From Candidatus Cloacimonadota bacterium (GTDB lineage Bacteria; Cloacimonadota; Cloacimonadia; G963667145), in NCBI GenBank assembly GCA_963667255.1, contig OY762940.1, forward strand, positions 1,280,001-1,344,000: a stretch of 64,000 nt of DNA. The letters run 5' to 3'. Every line of letters begins with the position of its first letter. Position 1 is the stretch's first letter. Below the pieces are notes generated by a model. The model did not search any database, had not been told where the DNA came from, and saw only the letters and a list, made by a program, of their open reading frames with translations. Shown in pieces: positions 19,435 to 31,894 of this stretch. Made by a program: the position numbers and the translations under genes.

Positions 19435-21264
19435 ATGAAATACGATGTAATTGTAGTCGGAGCAGGTCATGCAGGATGCGAAGCCGCTTGTATCGCCGCC
19501 AAAATGGGTGCTAAAACAGCTATGTTCGTCATCAAATACGAATCTATCGGGAGAATGTCTTGCAACCCATCAGTCGGTGGTCCGGCTAAAGGACACATCG
19601 CCAAAGAGATAGATGCTCTCGGCGGAGTGATGGCGAAGACAGCCGATATGACTGGCATACAATTCAGAATGCTCAACAGAGGAAAAGGTCCAGCTGTTTG
19701 GTCTCCGCGAAGTCAGAATGACCGCAAACAATACTCCTTACAAATGCTGATAAATTGCGAAAACCAAGAGAATTTGGATATTATCGAGAGTTGCGTTGAC
19801 GATTTACTCATCAAAGACGGCAAAGTTGAAGGTGTGGTTACTCACCTCAAGCAAAAATATTACGCACCGAAAGTCATCTTAGCTTGCGGAACATTTCTGC
19901 AAGGAGTTATCCATGTCGGCGATGTCAGCTATAGTGGAGGTCGCTCCGGAGAGCCGGCTGCCGACTACCTCACGAATAGATTAAAACAAGCAGGATTTAA
20001 TGTCAAACGATTCAAAACAGGAACTCCGGCGAGAATCGACTTGCGAACCATAGACTATTCCAAACTAATAGAGCAACCCGGCGACCCAGACCCAAGCAGT
20101 TTTAGCCTATACAGAGACATTCCCGTCCGTAATCTTTGCAGTTGCTGGCTCACCTACACCAATCCCGAGACACACAATATTGTTCGGTCAAACTTCGACA
20201 AATCCGCTCTCTATTCGGGCAGAATTGTAGGAACAGGTCCAAGATATTGCCCATCCATCGAGACAAAAGTGGATAGATTTTTCGACAAGGACAGACACCA
20301 AGTTTTCATCGAGCCCGAAGGAATCAACACTTTTGAAGGGTATGTAAACGGAATGTCCAACAGCCTCGCTCCCGAAGTGCAACACCAATTTATCCACTCA
20401 ATCGCAGGCTTGGAAAATGCCAAGTTCATCCGCTATGCATACGCCATAGAATACGACTACATAGAGCCATCGGACATCAAGCCGACTATGGAAACCAAAT
20501 TGGTAAAAGGGCTGTATTTTGCTGGACAAATCAACGGAACTTCCGGTTACGAAGAAGCAGCGGCACAAGGAATAATCGCCGGAATCAACGCTGTGAAATC
20601 TCTGGACGGAAACAGCAAGGAATTGATTTTGAGCAGAGACAACTCATACATTGGCGTTCTAATCGACGATTTGGTAACCAAAGGAACTGACGAACCATAC
20701 CGAATGTTCACATCCAGAGCCGAATACAGACTTTATCTCCGCCAAGACAATGCCGACGAAAGAATAATGCCAATCGGACATGCTCTGGGGACTGTTTCCT
20801 CCGCAAGATACCAAGCCTTTTTAGACACTTGCAAAATTGTTGATAGGGAGATAAATTTTTTGAAAAACCGCAAATCTACTTCACATCCCGATTTGAAAGA
20901 GCCAACTAAATTAGCCCAAATCTTAAAAAGACCAGGGATAGATTTGACTGAGTTGCAACAATTCGGCTACAAACCAGCCCATGACATCTCAAAACTTGCC
21001 GCAGAAAAAATCGAAATCAAAATCAAATACGAAGGCTACATAAAGCGACAATTGGAAGATATCAAGAGCTTTCAATCAATGGAAGAGACAAAATTCCCCG
21101 AAAATCTCGATTTCTCCAAAATTGACACCATTACACTCGAAGCGAGAGAAAAACTCCAAAAAATCAAACCTCTCTCTCTCGGACAAGCAAGCAGAATTTC
21201 CGGTATCAGCCACGCCGACATCACTTCGATTCTCGTTTATCTAAAGAAAATTAACTCAAAATAG
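19435..21264 (+). CDS. mnmG: tRNA uridine 5-carboxymethylaminomethyl modification enzyme
   Basis: GAGHAGCEAA, MSCNP, GPRYCPSIE, GQINGTSGYEEAAAQG, PYRMFTSRAEYRL. Confidence 0.97.
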   Translation: MKYDVIVVGAGHAGCEAACIAAKMGAKTAMFVIKYESIGRMSCNPSVGGPAKGHIAKEIDALGGVMAKTADMTGIQFRMLNRGKGPAVWSPRSQNDRKQYSLQMLINCENQENLDIIESCVDDLLIKDGKVEGVVTHLKQKYYAPKVILACGTFLQGVIHVGDVSYSGGRSGEPAADYLTNRLKQAGFNVKRFKTGTPARIDLRTIDYSKLIEQPGDPDPSSFSLYRDIPVRNLCSCWLTYTNPETHNIVRSNFDKSALYSGRIVGTGPRYCPSIETKVDRFFDKDRHQVFIEPEGINTFEGYVNGMSNSLAPEVQHQFIHSIAGLENAKFIRYAYAIEYDYIEPSDIKPTMETKLVKGLYFAGQINGTSGYEEAAAQGIIAGINAVKSLDGNSKELILSRDNSYIGVLIDDLVTKGTDEPYRMFTSRAEYRLYLRQDNADERIMPIGHALGTVSSARYQAFLDTCKIVDREINFLKNRKSTSHPDLKEPTKLAQILKRPGIDLTELQQFGYKPAHDISKLAAEKIEIKIKYEGYIKRQLEDIKSFQSMEETKFPENLDFSKIDTITLEAREKLQKIKPLSLGQASRISGISHADITSILVYLKKINSK

Positions 21265-21272
21265 TTCCAATA

Positions 21273-21989
21273 ATGGACATAGAAAAAGATTATCCTTTTG
21301 AGCAAATTTTTGAATACGAAAAATGTGTTTCCACGCTAATTGAAGCACAAAATAAACTCCCATTCCTTTCGGGAAACACTCTCTTCATCGCCAAAGAACA
21401 ACTCTCAGGAATAGGTCGTCATGATAATAAATGGCTCTCTCCAGTGGGCGGATTGTGGTTTACTATGGCTATCAAGCATCTCGATGTTCCAAGCAACTTT
21501 ACCCTTTTCATCGGTCAATGCCTGCACAAGTGCATAAAAAAATTTTATGATTCCAACAATTTACTGATAAAATGGCCTAACGACATCTATTTGAAAAACA
21601 AAAAATTAGCGGGGATTATTGTTCAAAAAAAACTTAATTATCTATTAATCGGCATCGGCATAAACACAAACTCTCGTATTCCCAATGAACTTAAAGACAC
21701 CGCCACTACACTAAAAGATTTAACCAAAATAGATAACAACGAATTTCTTCTTGCTTTCATCGATATTTTTCAAAAAAATTTGGACGACTACTTCGTAAAC
21801 GGTCTTGATGAAAATTATCTGAACAATTTCTCTTTTCTGCAAGACAAAAAAATCACTATCGGCACACAATTTGCAAAATTTGAGGGAGTTGTAAAAAAAA
21901 TCAGCAAAACCGGCGATATCGTGTTAACTCTCGACAACGGACTAACTCAACCGTTCTTCTCGGGGACAATCCTGAATTTTTCCCAATAA
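21273..21989 (+). CDS. birA: Biotin--protein ligase lacking an HTH domain
   Basis: QLSGIGR...W, KWPNDI, KKLAGI, IGIGIN. Confidence 0.88.
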   Translation: MDIEKDYPFEQIFEYEKCVSTLIEAQNKLPFLSGNTLFIAKEQLSGIGRHDNKWLSPVGGLWFTMAIKHLDVPSNFTLFIGQCLHKCIKKFYDSNNLLIKWPNDIYLKNKKLAGIIVQKKLNYLLIGIGINTNSRIPNELKDTATTLKDLTKIDNNEFLLAFIDIFQKNLDDYFVNGLDENYLNNFSFLQDKKITIGTQFAKFEGVVKKISKTGDIVLTLDNGLTQPFFSGTILNFSQ

Positions 21990-22019
21990 AAAAGGCAAAC
22001 CACAAAAGTTCGCCTCTTG
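21988..22019 (-). terminator. Terminator between convergent birA and ugd
   Basis: Minus strand AGGCGAAC / GTTTGCCT stem plus T6. Confidence 0.7.
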
Positions 22020-22036
22020 TCTATTCCTAAAATCTA

Positions 22037-23356
22037 TCAACAACCTACACAACTATAGTCGAAAAGCTCTTTCGCCATCGCATCTTTCCAATAGACATTT
22101 CGCAAATCGAAAAAATGCTTTCCTTTCATTAAATCGGCAATTTTTTGCAAATCCATCCCTCTGAATTGATTCCATTCGGTTACCAAAACTAAAGCATCAG
22201 TGCCCTCGGCAGCGTCATATCCGTTTGCACAATACTTTATGCTTTTCGCACAATCTTCCAACCGCCACTTCGCTTCTTCCATTCCTTCGGGGCAGTAAGC
22301 TCTGATTTTCGCTCCATTTTCCACTAACCCCTTAACAATATCCAAAGAAGGTGCGTCCCGCATATCATCAGTTTCCGGCTTAAAAGACAATCCCAAAATT
22401 CCAAAAGTCATTCCTTTCACTGAGCCCATTTTGTTGAGAATCTTCTCCACCATCCTCTTTTTCTGCTTTTCGTTCGCCTCTATAGCAGCCTCTATCACAC
22501 AAAGCTTTTCTCCGTTTCGCTTAGCAACATCAACTATCGCCTTAGTATCTTTGGGAAAACAAGAACCTCCAAATCCCGGTCCGGCATGCAAAAATTTGGG
22601 CGAAATTCTTCCATCCATTCCCATAGCTTTGGAAATTTCTTGGATATTAGCCCCAATCTTTTCAGACAACAAAGCCATCTCGTTTATAAAGGAGATTTTT
22701 ACAGCCAAAAAAGCGTTCGAAGCATACTTAATCATCTCGGCAGACTCCAACCCAGTGAAAACAAAAGGAGTCTTATTCAGATAAAGAACCCTATAAACAT
22801 TTTTCATTACCTCTTTGGCTTTTTCGCTATCCGACCCAATTACAATTCTATCCGGCAGCATACAATCGCCGATTGCTTTGCCTTCACGCAAAAATTCAGG
22901 GTTAGAGACAACATCAAAATCAAAATTAACGCCTCTATTGTCCAGCTCTTTACGGATGGCATCTGCAACCATTCTGCCTGTTCCGACCGGCACTGTCGAT
23001 TTATCAACCACTACCTTGTATCCATTTATATGCTTCCCAATCTCCTTGGCAACGGAAAGAACATACTGCAAATCAGCCGACCCGTCTTCCTTCGGCGGGG
23101 TCCCCACTGCAATAAAAATAACATCAGAATTTTCGACCGTCTTCTTTATATCAGTTGTAAAAGTAATTCGACCAGACTTCCGCACCTTTTCCACCAACTC
23201 ACGAAGTCCTGGCTCATAGATAGGAACTTCACCCCTCAGCAACATACCAATCTTCTCTTTATTGGTATCCATGCAGATAACATTAAGCCCAAAATCGGAC
23301 AAAACCACTCCTTGCACAAGCCCAACATATCCAGTTCCAACCACGGAAATATTCAT
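22037..23356 (-). CDS. ugd: UDP-glucose/GDP-mannose dehydrogenase
   Basis: GTGYVG, KSTVP, NPEFLREG, GFGGSCFPKD, FKPETDD. Start set at ATG 23356 behind AGGAG. Confidence 0.92.
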   Translation of the reverse strand: MNISVVGTGYVGLVQGVVLSDFGLNVICMDTNKEKIGMLLRGEVPIYEPGLRELVEKVRKSGRITFTTDIKKTVENSDVIFIAVGTPPKEDGSADLQYVLSVAKEIGKHINGYKVVVDKSTVPVGTGRMVADAIRKELDNRGVNFDFDVVSNPEFLREGKAIGDCMLPDRIVIGSDSEKAKEVMKNVYRVLYLNKTPFVFTGLESAEMIKYASNAFLAVKISFINEMALLSEKIGANIQEISKAMGMDGRISPKFLHAGPGFGGSCFPKDTKAIVDVAKRNGEKLCVIEAAIEANEKQKKRMVEKILNKMGSVKGMTFGILGLSFKPETDDMRDAPSLDIVKGLVENGAKIRAYCPEGMEEAKWRLEDCAKSIKYCANGYDAAEGTDALVLVTEWNQFRGMDLQKIADLMKGKHFFDLRNVYWKDAMAKELFDYSCVGC

Positions 23357-23357
23357 C

Positions 23358-25205
23358 CTAACATTCTCCTTTTTTTGCAAAACTATACTCAGGTAAAATT
23401 TGTTCTACCAATTCCCTAATTTCCAAATCAATTTTTTCGACCGCCGCTTTCCGCAATTTCTCAAAACATTCTTGATCGATTTCTCGCGGTTCTTTCGACA
23501 ATACCAAATTAATTTTCGGATTGGAAGTAGGCGTTAAATCTTCAAATTTTGCATTCAGTTCTTCATAAAGTTTTTCCCCGGGTCGCAAACCGATATACTC
23601 TATTTCAATATCTTTCCCCGGAACATAGCCAAAAAATTCAATCATCTCGCGGGCAATTTTATCAATTTTTATTTGTTTACCCATATCCAAAACAAAAATA
23701 TCTTTCCCCTTGTTCAAGCAAGCTGCCTGAAGGACAAGCAAAGAAGCCTCGGGAATAGTCATAAAATACCTAACAATATCCGGATGTGTCACCGTAACGG
23801 GACCTCCATGAGCAATCTGCTTCTCAAATAGAGGAATAACACTGCCTACGCTCCCAAGAACATTGCCAAATCTAACCACGGAAAAAGCCGTTTTCCCGTT
23901 ATTTTTATTTAAAATAACCAACTCAGCCAACTTTTTGGAAGCACCCATAATACTCGTAGGATTCACAGCTTTATCCGTCGATATCAAAATAAATTTTTCC
24001 ACTGCAAATTCTGCGGACACACCAGCAAGAGTCTCCGTCCCAAAAGTGTTATTCTCTATCGCTTTCCACGGTTGCAACTCCATCATGGGAACATGCTTGT
24101 ATGCCGCAGCATGAAACACAATTTCCGGAGTGTATTTGGCAAAGATTTTTTGCAAGTGAACCTTATCTTTTACATCCCCTATAATCGGCACTATATCCAA
24201 ATACGGCATATTATTGGACAACTCCATATCAATGTGATACAGTGGAGATTCGGCAACATCGAAAAGCAAAAGTTTTCTCGGCTTAAAGTTCGCAATCTGC
24301 CTACACAATTCTGAGCCGATAGAGCCACCTGCTCCAGTCACCAAAACGATTTTATCGCTAATCACTTGTGAAACAGTTTTGGAGTCTAAGGAAACTTCAC
24401 TTCGACCCAAAATATCCTCATAAGACAATTTTCTGGCAGAATCTATACCAACTTTTTTGCTTATTATCTCAGTTATGCTAGGAATAATCCGATATCTGAT
24501 TTCAGCCGATTTGCACTTATCGATGATTTTTTTAAATTCACATTTAGTCGCAGAAGGAGTAGCCACTATCAATTCGTCTATCATCATGTCTTTGACTATT
24601 TTTTTCACCATACTTATGCTACCCAAAACAGGAATACCATGAATCTTATGTCCTATTTTGTCTCGGTCATCATCCAATAAACCAACAACATGGTAAGACA
24701 AACCTCTGCTTTTTAGCACATCTCGAAGAATTTTCTCTCCGGCATTCCCTGCTCCCAAAATCAAAATTCTTTTGACATTTGAAGAATAATCACCTTTTAT
24801 GAAGTATTCAAAATAAATTCTGGCAGAAATCCGAGAACTACCTAACACCATAATACCCAAAACAAAATCTATAATAATGGCTGAGCGAGAAAGAAAAAAA
24901 TTGTGGATTGGTAAATGAGCAATGAAAAGTGTAAGAATAAAAGCCAATATAGTAGCTTTGAGTAAATTTAATAAATCCTTAATCCCCGTATATCGCCACA
25001 TCCCGCTGTATAAATCGAACTTGAAAAGGAAAATTAACTTAATCAAAAGGACAACAGGCAGTCCAACAAGTATAGTCCTAATATTGCTAACCAAATAGTC
25101 TAAATCCATCCTAATCCAATAAGATGCACAAAACCCTACGGACAATCCAATAATGTCAACTAACAACAAAATCCAAAAATTTCGTTTTAAATATTTTTTC
25201 GGCAT
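23358..25205 (-). CDS. Membrane-bound nucleoside-diphosphate sugar dehydratase (CapD/PglF/WbpM family)
   Basis: 4 N-terminal TMs, TGAGGSIGSE, HAAAYKHVP, STDKAVNP, RFGNVLGS, RPGEKLYEE. Confidence 0.92.
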   Translation of the reverse strand: MPKKYLKRNFWILLLVDIIGLSVGFCASYWIRMDLDYLVSNIRTILVGLPVVLLIKLIFLFKFDLYSGMWRYTGIKDLLNLLKATILAFILTLFIAHLPIHNFFLSRSAIIIDFVLGIMVLGSSRISARIYFEYFIKGDYSSNVKRILILGAGNAGEKILRDVLKSRGLSYHVVGLLDDDRDKIGHKIHGIPVLGSISMVKKIVKDMMIDELIVATPSATKCEFKKIIDKCKSAEIRYRIIPSITEIISKKVGIDSARKLSYEDILGRSEVSLDSKTVSQVISDKIVLVTGAGGSIGSELCRQIANFKPRKLLLFDVAESPLYHIDMELSNNMPYLDIVPIIGDVKDKVHLQKIFAKYTPEIVFHAAAYKHVPMMELQPWKAIENNTFGTETLAGVSAEFAVEKFILISTDKAVNPTSIMGASKKLAELVILNKNNGKTAFSVVRFGNVLGSVGSVIPLFEKQIAHGGPVTVTHPDIVRYFMTIPEASLLVLQAACLNKGKDIFVLDMGKQIKIDKIAREMIEFFGYVPGKDIEIEYIGLRPGEKLYEELNAKFEDLTPTSNPKINLVLSKEPREIDQECFEKLRKAAVEKIDLEIRELVEQILPEYSFAKKGEC

Positions 25206-25293
25206 ATATCATCTTCTTTTTTGCACATAAGAACTGCACAAATTTTCTATTTTTAAAATTTAAACATTACCATCACTAAAAAAAAAACTGTCT

Positions 25294-25323
25294 CGTCAAG
25301 AAGAGAATAAATAAATATTGACA
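25294..25323. promoter_or_regulatory. Back-to-back -35 elements of the divergent capD-like and eno genes
   Basis: TTGACG on minus (25294-25299) and TTGACA on plus (25318-25323). Confidence 0.55.
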
Positions 25324-25369
25324 ACAGAATACTGTTTTTCCCTTTTAGAAGGCAGATTACTTTTATTAA

Positions 25370-26683
<1,314 letters not shown>

Positions 26684-26698
26684 ATCATTTGCTGTAAT

Positions 26699-26740
26699 AA
26701 AACCCTTGTTTCATCATCTGAAACAGGGGTTTTTGTTTTT
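26699..26740 (+). terminator. Intrinsic terminator after eno
   Basis: AAAACCCTTGTTTCA / TGAAACAGGGGTTTT stem plus T tract. Confidence 0.85.
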
Positions 26741-26814
26741 CAAAATTTCCCTTTACAAAATACAAGCTCATCAATTTCTATCGTTACCGAAAACTATCGT
26801 AGGAGTATAAGTTT

Positions 26815-29379
26815 ATGGAGTATCCTTTTATTGACATCGAAAAAAAATGGCAAAAGATTTGGGCTGAGAGAAAAATTTTCGAATCCGAAGACGAAAGCAA
26901 AAAAGAGAAAAAATATATCTTGTCTATGTTCCCTTATCCATCGGGAGACCTCCATATGGGACATATTTCCAACTATTCCATCGGTGATGCCTTGTCTCGA
27001 TTTTACATGCAATCCGGCTACAATGTGATGCAACCGATGGGCTACGACTCTTTCGGAATGCCGGCGGAAAATTTCGCTATCCAACACAACTCACATCCGA
27101 GAATTACCACCGAAGAAAACATCGCCAAGATGAAAAAACAGTTGATCGCTATGGGATTCGGACTTGATTGGTCTCGTGAACTCTCTACCTGCCGACCGGA
27201 CTACTACAAATGGGGGCAATGGCTTTTCAAAAAGATGTATGGAAAAGGATTGGTTTACAAAAAAAAATCTTTTGTGAATTGGTGTCCCGACTGCTCCACC
27301 GTCTTGGCTAACGAGCAAGTAGTGGAAGGAAAGTGCTGGCGTTGCGATGCTGTAGTCGTGCAAAAAGAGCTGGAACAATGGTTTGCCAAAATAACCGACT
27401 ACGCAGAAGAACTCTTGGACGACAGCGACCTTATCGATTGGCCGGACAAGGTGAAGCTGATGCAAAAAAACTGGATTGGCAAAAGCACCGGTGTTACTAT
27501 CGATTTTATTTACGACAACCAAAAACTCCCCGTTTTCACCACCAGACCGGACACGCTGTTCGGAGTGACTTTTATGGCTATCGCTCCCGAACACACTCTT
27601 ACTCAACAATTTTTGCAAGAAGAGGGCGAAAACTCCGAACTTTACAAATTTTGCCAAAAAGTCCTAAACCAAGACAACACCTTGCGAACCGCTGATGACA
27701 AAGAAAAAGAAGGGATTTTTACCGGAAAATACTGTGTCAATCCGGTCAATGGCGAAAAAGTCGAAATTTGGGTGACAAATTATGTGTTGATGGACTACGG
27801 AACCGGTGCTGTAATGGCTGTTCCCGCTCACGATACCAGAGACTTTCAGTTTGCCAAAAAATACGGTATCAAAGTCAAAGTGGTCGTCCAAAATGAAGAT
27901 AAAACTCTCGATGCAGCCACTATGACCGATGCTTTCACAGATGACGGAACTATGGTCAATTCCAAGCAATTTGACGGTCTGGACAATCGTGATTGCCTAA
28001 ACAAAATCGCCGACTGGATAGACGAAGAAAAAATGGGACAAAAAAGCATCAACTACAAAATTCGCGATTGGGGTTTGTCTCGTCAACGCTATTGGGGCAA
28101 TCCTATCCCTGTTGTTTATTGCCCGAAATGTGGGATACAACTGGTTCCTGATGACCAGCTACCGGTTTTACTCCCCGATGATATCCAAGTAGGTAAAACC
28201 AAGCAAAATCCGCTATTGTCTGCAACTGACTGGCTGAAAACAACTTGCCCGAAATGTGGCGGAGAAGCAACCAGAGAAACCGACACGATGGACACCTTCG
28301 TTGACTCATCTTGGTATTTTGCCCGCTACTGCGATGCCCACAACGACTCTATTCCTTTCGCCAAAAAGAAAGCCAATTACTGGCTTCCAGTCGACCAATA
28401 CATCGGCGGAATAGAGCACGCTGTCCTGCATCTCTTGTATGCTCGCTTTTTTCACAAATTTATGCGTGATATCGGACTTGTGGATTGCAACGAGCCTTTC
28501 TCCAGACTTCTCACACAAGGCATGGTCTGTATGGCAAGCTACAAATGCCCGAAAGACGGATACCTCTTCCCCAAAGATGTTGCCATTGACGGCGAAAAAG
28601 CTACATGCCTCATCTGTAACTCTCCCGTAGAAATCGGTGGTGTGGAAAAGATGAGCAAGTCCAAAAAGAATGTGGTTAATCCCAACGACTATCTGCTACG
28701 ATACGGAGCTGACACCTTGAGAACCTTCGTTTTGTTCGCATCTCCACCCGAAAAAGATGTAGATTGGAACGACAAAGCTGTTGGCGGAGCTTTCAGATTT
28801 CTGAACAGAATATACAAAATTTTCTTGAAAAACAAAGATTTCTTGAAAAACGATTATAGTGGCACTGGCGAAATCTCTCCAGAATATAAAGAGTTGCGAT
28901 TTTCCAACCATTTCACTATCAAAAAAGCTATCGGCTATGTGCAAGACAGATTGCAGTTCAACACCGCCATTGCTGCTGTGATGGAACATTTGAACAATCT
29001 TGCAAGTGCCAAAAAACCCACATCCGATGCGGAAAAATCGATTTACAAAGAGGCTCACTTATTAATTCCCCAGATTATCTATCCATTTGCTCCTCATCTC
29101 TGCGAAGAGATTTGGGAGATGGTCGGCAAACAAAAATTGTTGCACGAATCGGGACTGCCGACTTATGATGAAAAATTTTTGGTTAAAAACGAAGTTACTT
29201 TGGTAGTGCAAGTGATGGGGAAAATTCGCGGAAGAATAGAAATAGAAGCCAACGCTCCCAAAGAGATAGTTTTGCAAAAAGCCAAAGAATTGGATAATGT
29301 GCAAAAGTTTTTGGAGAACAAAACAATTCTAAAAGAGATTCTCATCCCCGAGAAACTTGTTAACTTTGTGATTAAATAA
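26815..29379 (+). CDS. leuS: Leucine--tRNA ligase
   Basis: MFPYPSG..HMGH, TTRPDT editing domain, SRQRYWG, KMSKS. Confidence 0.97.
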   Translation: MEYPFIDIEKKWQKIWAERKIFESEDESKKEKKYILSMFPYPSGDLHMGHISNYSIGDALSRFYMQSGYNVMQPMGYDSFGMPAENFAIQHNSHPRITTEENIAKMKKQLIAMGFGLDWSRELSTCRPDYYKWGQWLFKKMYGKGLVYKKKSFVNWCPDCSTVLANEQVVEGKCWRCDAVVVQKELEQWFAKITDYAEELLDDSDLIDWPDKVKLMQKNWIGKSTGVTIDFIYDNQKLPVFTTRPDTLFGVTFMAIAPEHTLTQQFLQEEGENSELYKFCQKVLNQDNTLRTADDKEKEGIFTGKYCVNPVNGEKVEIWVTNYVLMDYGTGAVMAVPAHDTRDFQFAKKYGIKVKVVVQNEDKTLDAATMTDAFTDDGTMVNSKQFDGLDNRDCLNKIADWIDEEKMGQKSINYKIRDWGLSRQRYWGNPIPVVYCPKCGIQLVPDDQLPVLLPDDIQVGKTKQNPLLSATDWLKTTCPKCGGEATRETDTMDTFVDSSWYFARYCDAHNDSIPFAKKKANYWLPVDQYIGGIEHAVLHLLYARFFHKFMRDIGLVDCNEPFSRLLTQGMVCMASYKCPKDGYLFPKDVAIDGEKATCLICNSPVEIGGVEKMSKSKKNVVNPNDYLLRYGADTLRTFVLFASPPEKDVDWNDKAVGGAFRFLNRIYKIFLKNKDFLKNDYSGTGEISPEYKELRFSNHFTIKKAIGYVQDRLQFNTAIAAVMEHLNNLASAKKPTSDAEKSIYKEAHLLIPQIIYPFAPHLCEEIWEMVGKQKLLHESGLPTYDEKFLVKNEVTLVVQVMGKIRGRIEIEANAPKEIVLQKAKELDNVQKFLENKTILKEILIPEKLVNFVIK

Positions 29380-29394
29380 AAATCTCTTCGGAAG

Positions 29395-30108
29395 TTGAAA
29401 AATCTAATCGGCAAAATTGCCAGAGCAGTTAAAGATTATGATATGGTTACGGATGGTAGCACCATTGGTGTTGCCGTCTCTGGCGGAAAAGACAGTGTAG
29501 CTTTGTTATATCTGCTTAGCCAGTTGCAAAAATCTTGGCAATTTGACCTCTACCCCATTCATGCCAAAGTCGCTGAATACGACACGACTCCTGTCAAAAA
29601 CTTGTGCGAAGAGTTGAATTTGCCCTATACAGAGCTTGATGTCAAAATGGATTACGGCAAATTTTCCAAAAAAGAGTGCTACATTTGTTCACGATTTATC
29701 AAAGGATTTATCACGGAGCATTTACGAGGAAAAAACATAAGCCGAATCGCTTTCGGACACCACGCAGACGATGTTGCCGCCACATTCTTTATTAACCTTG
29801 TCCAACACAACAAAATCGGTGCTTTTTTGCCTGTGCTTACCAATACAAAATCAGGTGTTGACACAATTCGCCCCCTGATATATTTGCGGGAAAAAGAGTT
29901 GGAGAGCCTTGTTTCAAGGCACAATTTGCCTTTGATTGACTACAAATGCCCTTATGCAAAGGACAATAATAGAATGGAATTAAGTAAAAATATTAACGAG
30001 ATAGAGAAAATTTTAGATTGTAAAAACTTGCCTGAAAAAATCTACAAATCTTTGCAATCTCCCCAAAAAAGTGAATTTTGGAATATAGATAAATTTGGAG
30101 ACGAATAA
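29395..30108 (+). CDS. ttcA: TtcA family tRNA 2-thiocytidine synthesis PP-loop ATPase
   Basis: SGGKDS, CYIC, GHHADD, IRPL, CPY. Confidence 0.78.
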   Translation: MKNLIGKIARAVKDYDMVTDGSTIGVAVSGGKDSVALLYLLSQLQKSWQFDLYPIHAKVAEYDTTPVKNLCEELNLPYTELDVKMDYGKFSKKECYICSRFIKGFITEHLRGKNISRIAFGHHADDVAATFFINLVQHNKIGAFLPVLTNTKSGVDTIRPLIYLREKELESLVSRHNLPLIDYKCPYAKDNNRMELSKNINEIEKILDCKNLPEKIYKSLQSPQKSEFWNIDKFGDE

Positions 30109-31124
30109 TGAGTATCAGTTGCCTGCGATTAGTAAATGGCGAACTTTTCTTGATAGACCAACGAAAATTGCCGAGAAAATATACAGAATTTAAATGCGAA
30201 AGCTATTTGGATGTGATTTACGCAATCTCCGAAATGGTCGTGCGAGGAGCTCCGGCAATCGGTGCTGTGGCTGCATACGGAGTTTGGCTCGCTGCCAAAG
30301 AGTTTGAAAATTCCTGCAATTTTAGCAAAGAGATAAGAAAAGCAAAGAAAAAAATCGATGCTTCCAGACCAACTGCTGTCAATCTCGTGTGGGCAACGAA
30401 CCGAATGGTTTCCATCATTGACGAAAACCTAACCAACGAGGAAAACTGCCGAAACCTGAAATCCGAAGCCGACAAAATCGCCGAAGAAGACATCGCCATA
30501 AACAAAAAAATGGGCGAAAACGGTGCTGAAATCGTTCCGCAGAAAGCAACAATCTTAACTCACTGCAATACTGGAGCATTGGCAACCGTAGGTCACGGAA
30601 CCGCTTTAGGAGTAATTCGCTCCGCAATCGCCCAAGGCAAAGAGATTTTCGTTTACGCCGATGAAACTCGCCCACGACTGCAAGGAGCTCGCCTAACCGC
30701 ATGGGAACTTGTCCAAGACAAAATCCCCTCTTGCCTCATTGCCGACAGCGTAGCCGCCACTCTGATAAGAGACGGGAAAATCGACCTTATCTTGGTCGGA
30801 GCAGACCGCATCGTAGCGAACGGCGACACCGCCAACAAAATCGGCACTTTTATGCTCAGCGTGCTGGCAAAAACCTATGGTATCCCTTTCTATGTTGTCG
30901 CTCCCACTTCCACTATTGACTTAAATACACCTACCGGAAGCGAAATCGAAATCGAAGAACGCTGCGACAACGAAGTAAGTTTCGTCTTCGGCAAGCAAGT
31001 CGCCCCTCTAGAGATGCAAATTTACAATCCTGCTTTTGATGTAACACCAGCGGAAAACATAACTGGCATTATCACGGAGAAAGGAATTATCAACTATCCA
31101 TATATAAATAAACTAAATTTATAA
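30108..31124 (+). CDS. mtnA: S-methyl-5-thioribose-1-phosphate isomerase
   Basis: VRGAPAIG, RPTAVNL, THCNTGALAT, ETRP, GADR, NPAFD. Confidence 0.94.
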   Translation: MSISCLRLVNGELFLIDQRKLPRKYTEFKCESYLDVIYAISEMVVRGAPAIGAVAAYGVWLAAKEFENSCNFSKEIRKAKKKIDASRPTAVNLVWATNRMVSIIDENLTNEENCRNLKSEADKIAEEDIAINKKMGENGAEIVPQKATILTHCNTGALATVGHGTALGVIRSAIAQGKEIFVYADETRPRLQGARLTAWELVQDKIPSCLIADSVAATLIRDGKIDLILVGADRIVANGDTANKIGTFMLSVLAKTYGIPFYVVAPTSTIDLNTPTGSEIEIEERCDNEVSFVFGKQVAPLEMQIYNPAFDVTPAENITGIITEKGIINYPYINKLNL

Positions 31125-31170
31125 TTGACTTTCTTTCTAAAAATTGAAGTTAAGGTCGTAAGGAGAAACT

Positions 31171-31545
31171 ATGAAAAAGATTATCACTTTTATTATTCTA
31201 TGCACCCTGATGGGGTTAACAGGCTGTGCTAACAGAGTTACGGGCTTCACTTTTGTCTCAACCAAAAATTTTAATCCCAACACTGAATTTGCTTCTATTG
31301 GCAAAGTTGCTGGCTCAGACTCAAAAAATATCATTATGGTTATTCCCACAGGAAATCCAAAATTAGAAGAAGCGATAGATAACGCAATAGAATCAGCACC
31401 TGGTTGTTGTGCTCTATCCGATGTAAAAGTCTATAGAATCTTTTTTTATATTCCATTCATCTATGGTAAATACGGCTGGGCTGTAGAAGGCACAGCTATG
31501 AAAGAAAGAATACCGGTAGTTACAGATAGCGTAGGAATATTTTAA
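31171..31545 (+). CDS. Small lipoprotein of unknown function (TRL-like)
   Basis: Lipobox LTGC; AAGGAG RBS; TTGACT at 31125. Confidence 0.65.
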   Translation: MKKIITFIILCTLMGLTGCANRVTGFTFVSTKNFNPNTEFASIGKVAGSDSKNIIMVIPTGNPKLEEAIDNAIESAPGCCALSDVKVYRIFFYIPFIYGKYGWAVEGTAMKERIPVVTDSVGIF

Positions 31546-31586
31546 TCAAATAAAATTGAACAAAATATAAAATAAGGAGAAAAAGA

Positions 31587-31880
31587 ATGAAAAAATTCAT
31601 TTTAATGTTAGTACTTGTAGTGTTCACGCTACAAATGATCGGATGTGCATCACACATTCATACAGTAGGTAACGGACCCCAAAAGAATGAAACCACAAAA
31701 AAATGGCAATGGTATGCTTTATGGGGATTAGTTCCTGTAAATGAAGTTAATACTGAACAAATGGCAGCAAACAGCAATGACTATCAAATCAAAACTGAAT
31801 ATAAATTCTCAAATGTACTTGTAAATATGTTTGGTACTTATCTTAGTTTGCATACCCGTTCAGTAGAAGTTACAAAATAA
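31587..31880 (+). CDS. Bor/Iss-like small lipoprotein
   Basis: Lipobox MIGC; QWYALWGLVP segment typical of Bor-like proteins; AAGGAG RBS. Confidence 0.65.
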   Translation: MKKFILMLVLVVFTLQMIGCASHIHTVGNGPQKNETTKKWQWYALWGLVPVNEVNTEQMAANSNDYQIKTEYKFSNVLVNMFGTYLSLHTRSVEVTK

Positions 31881-31894
31881 TCTAAACAAAAATT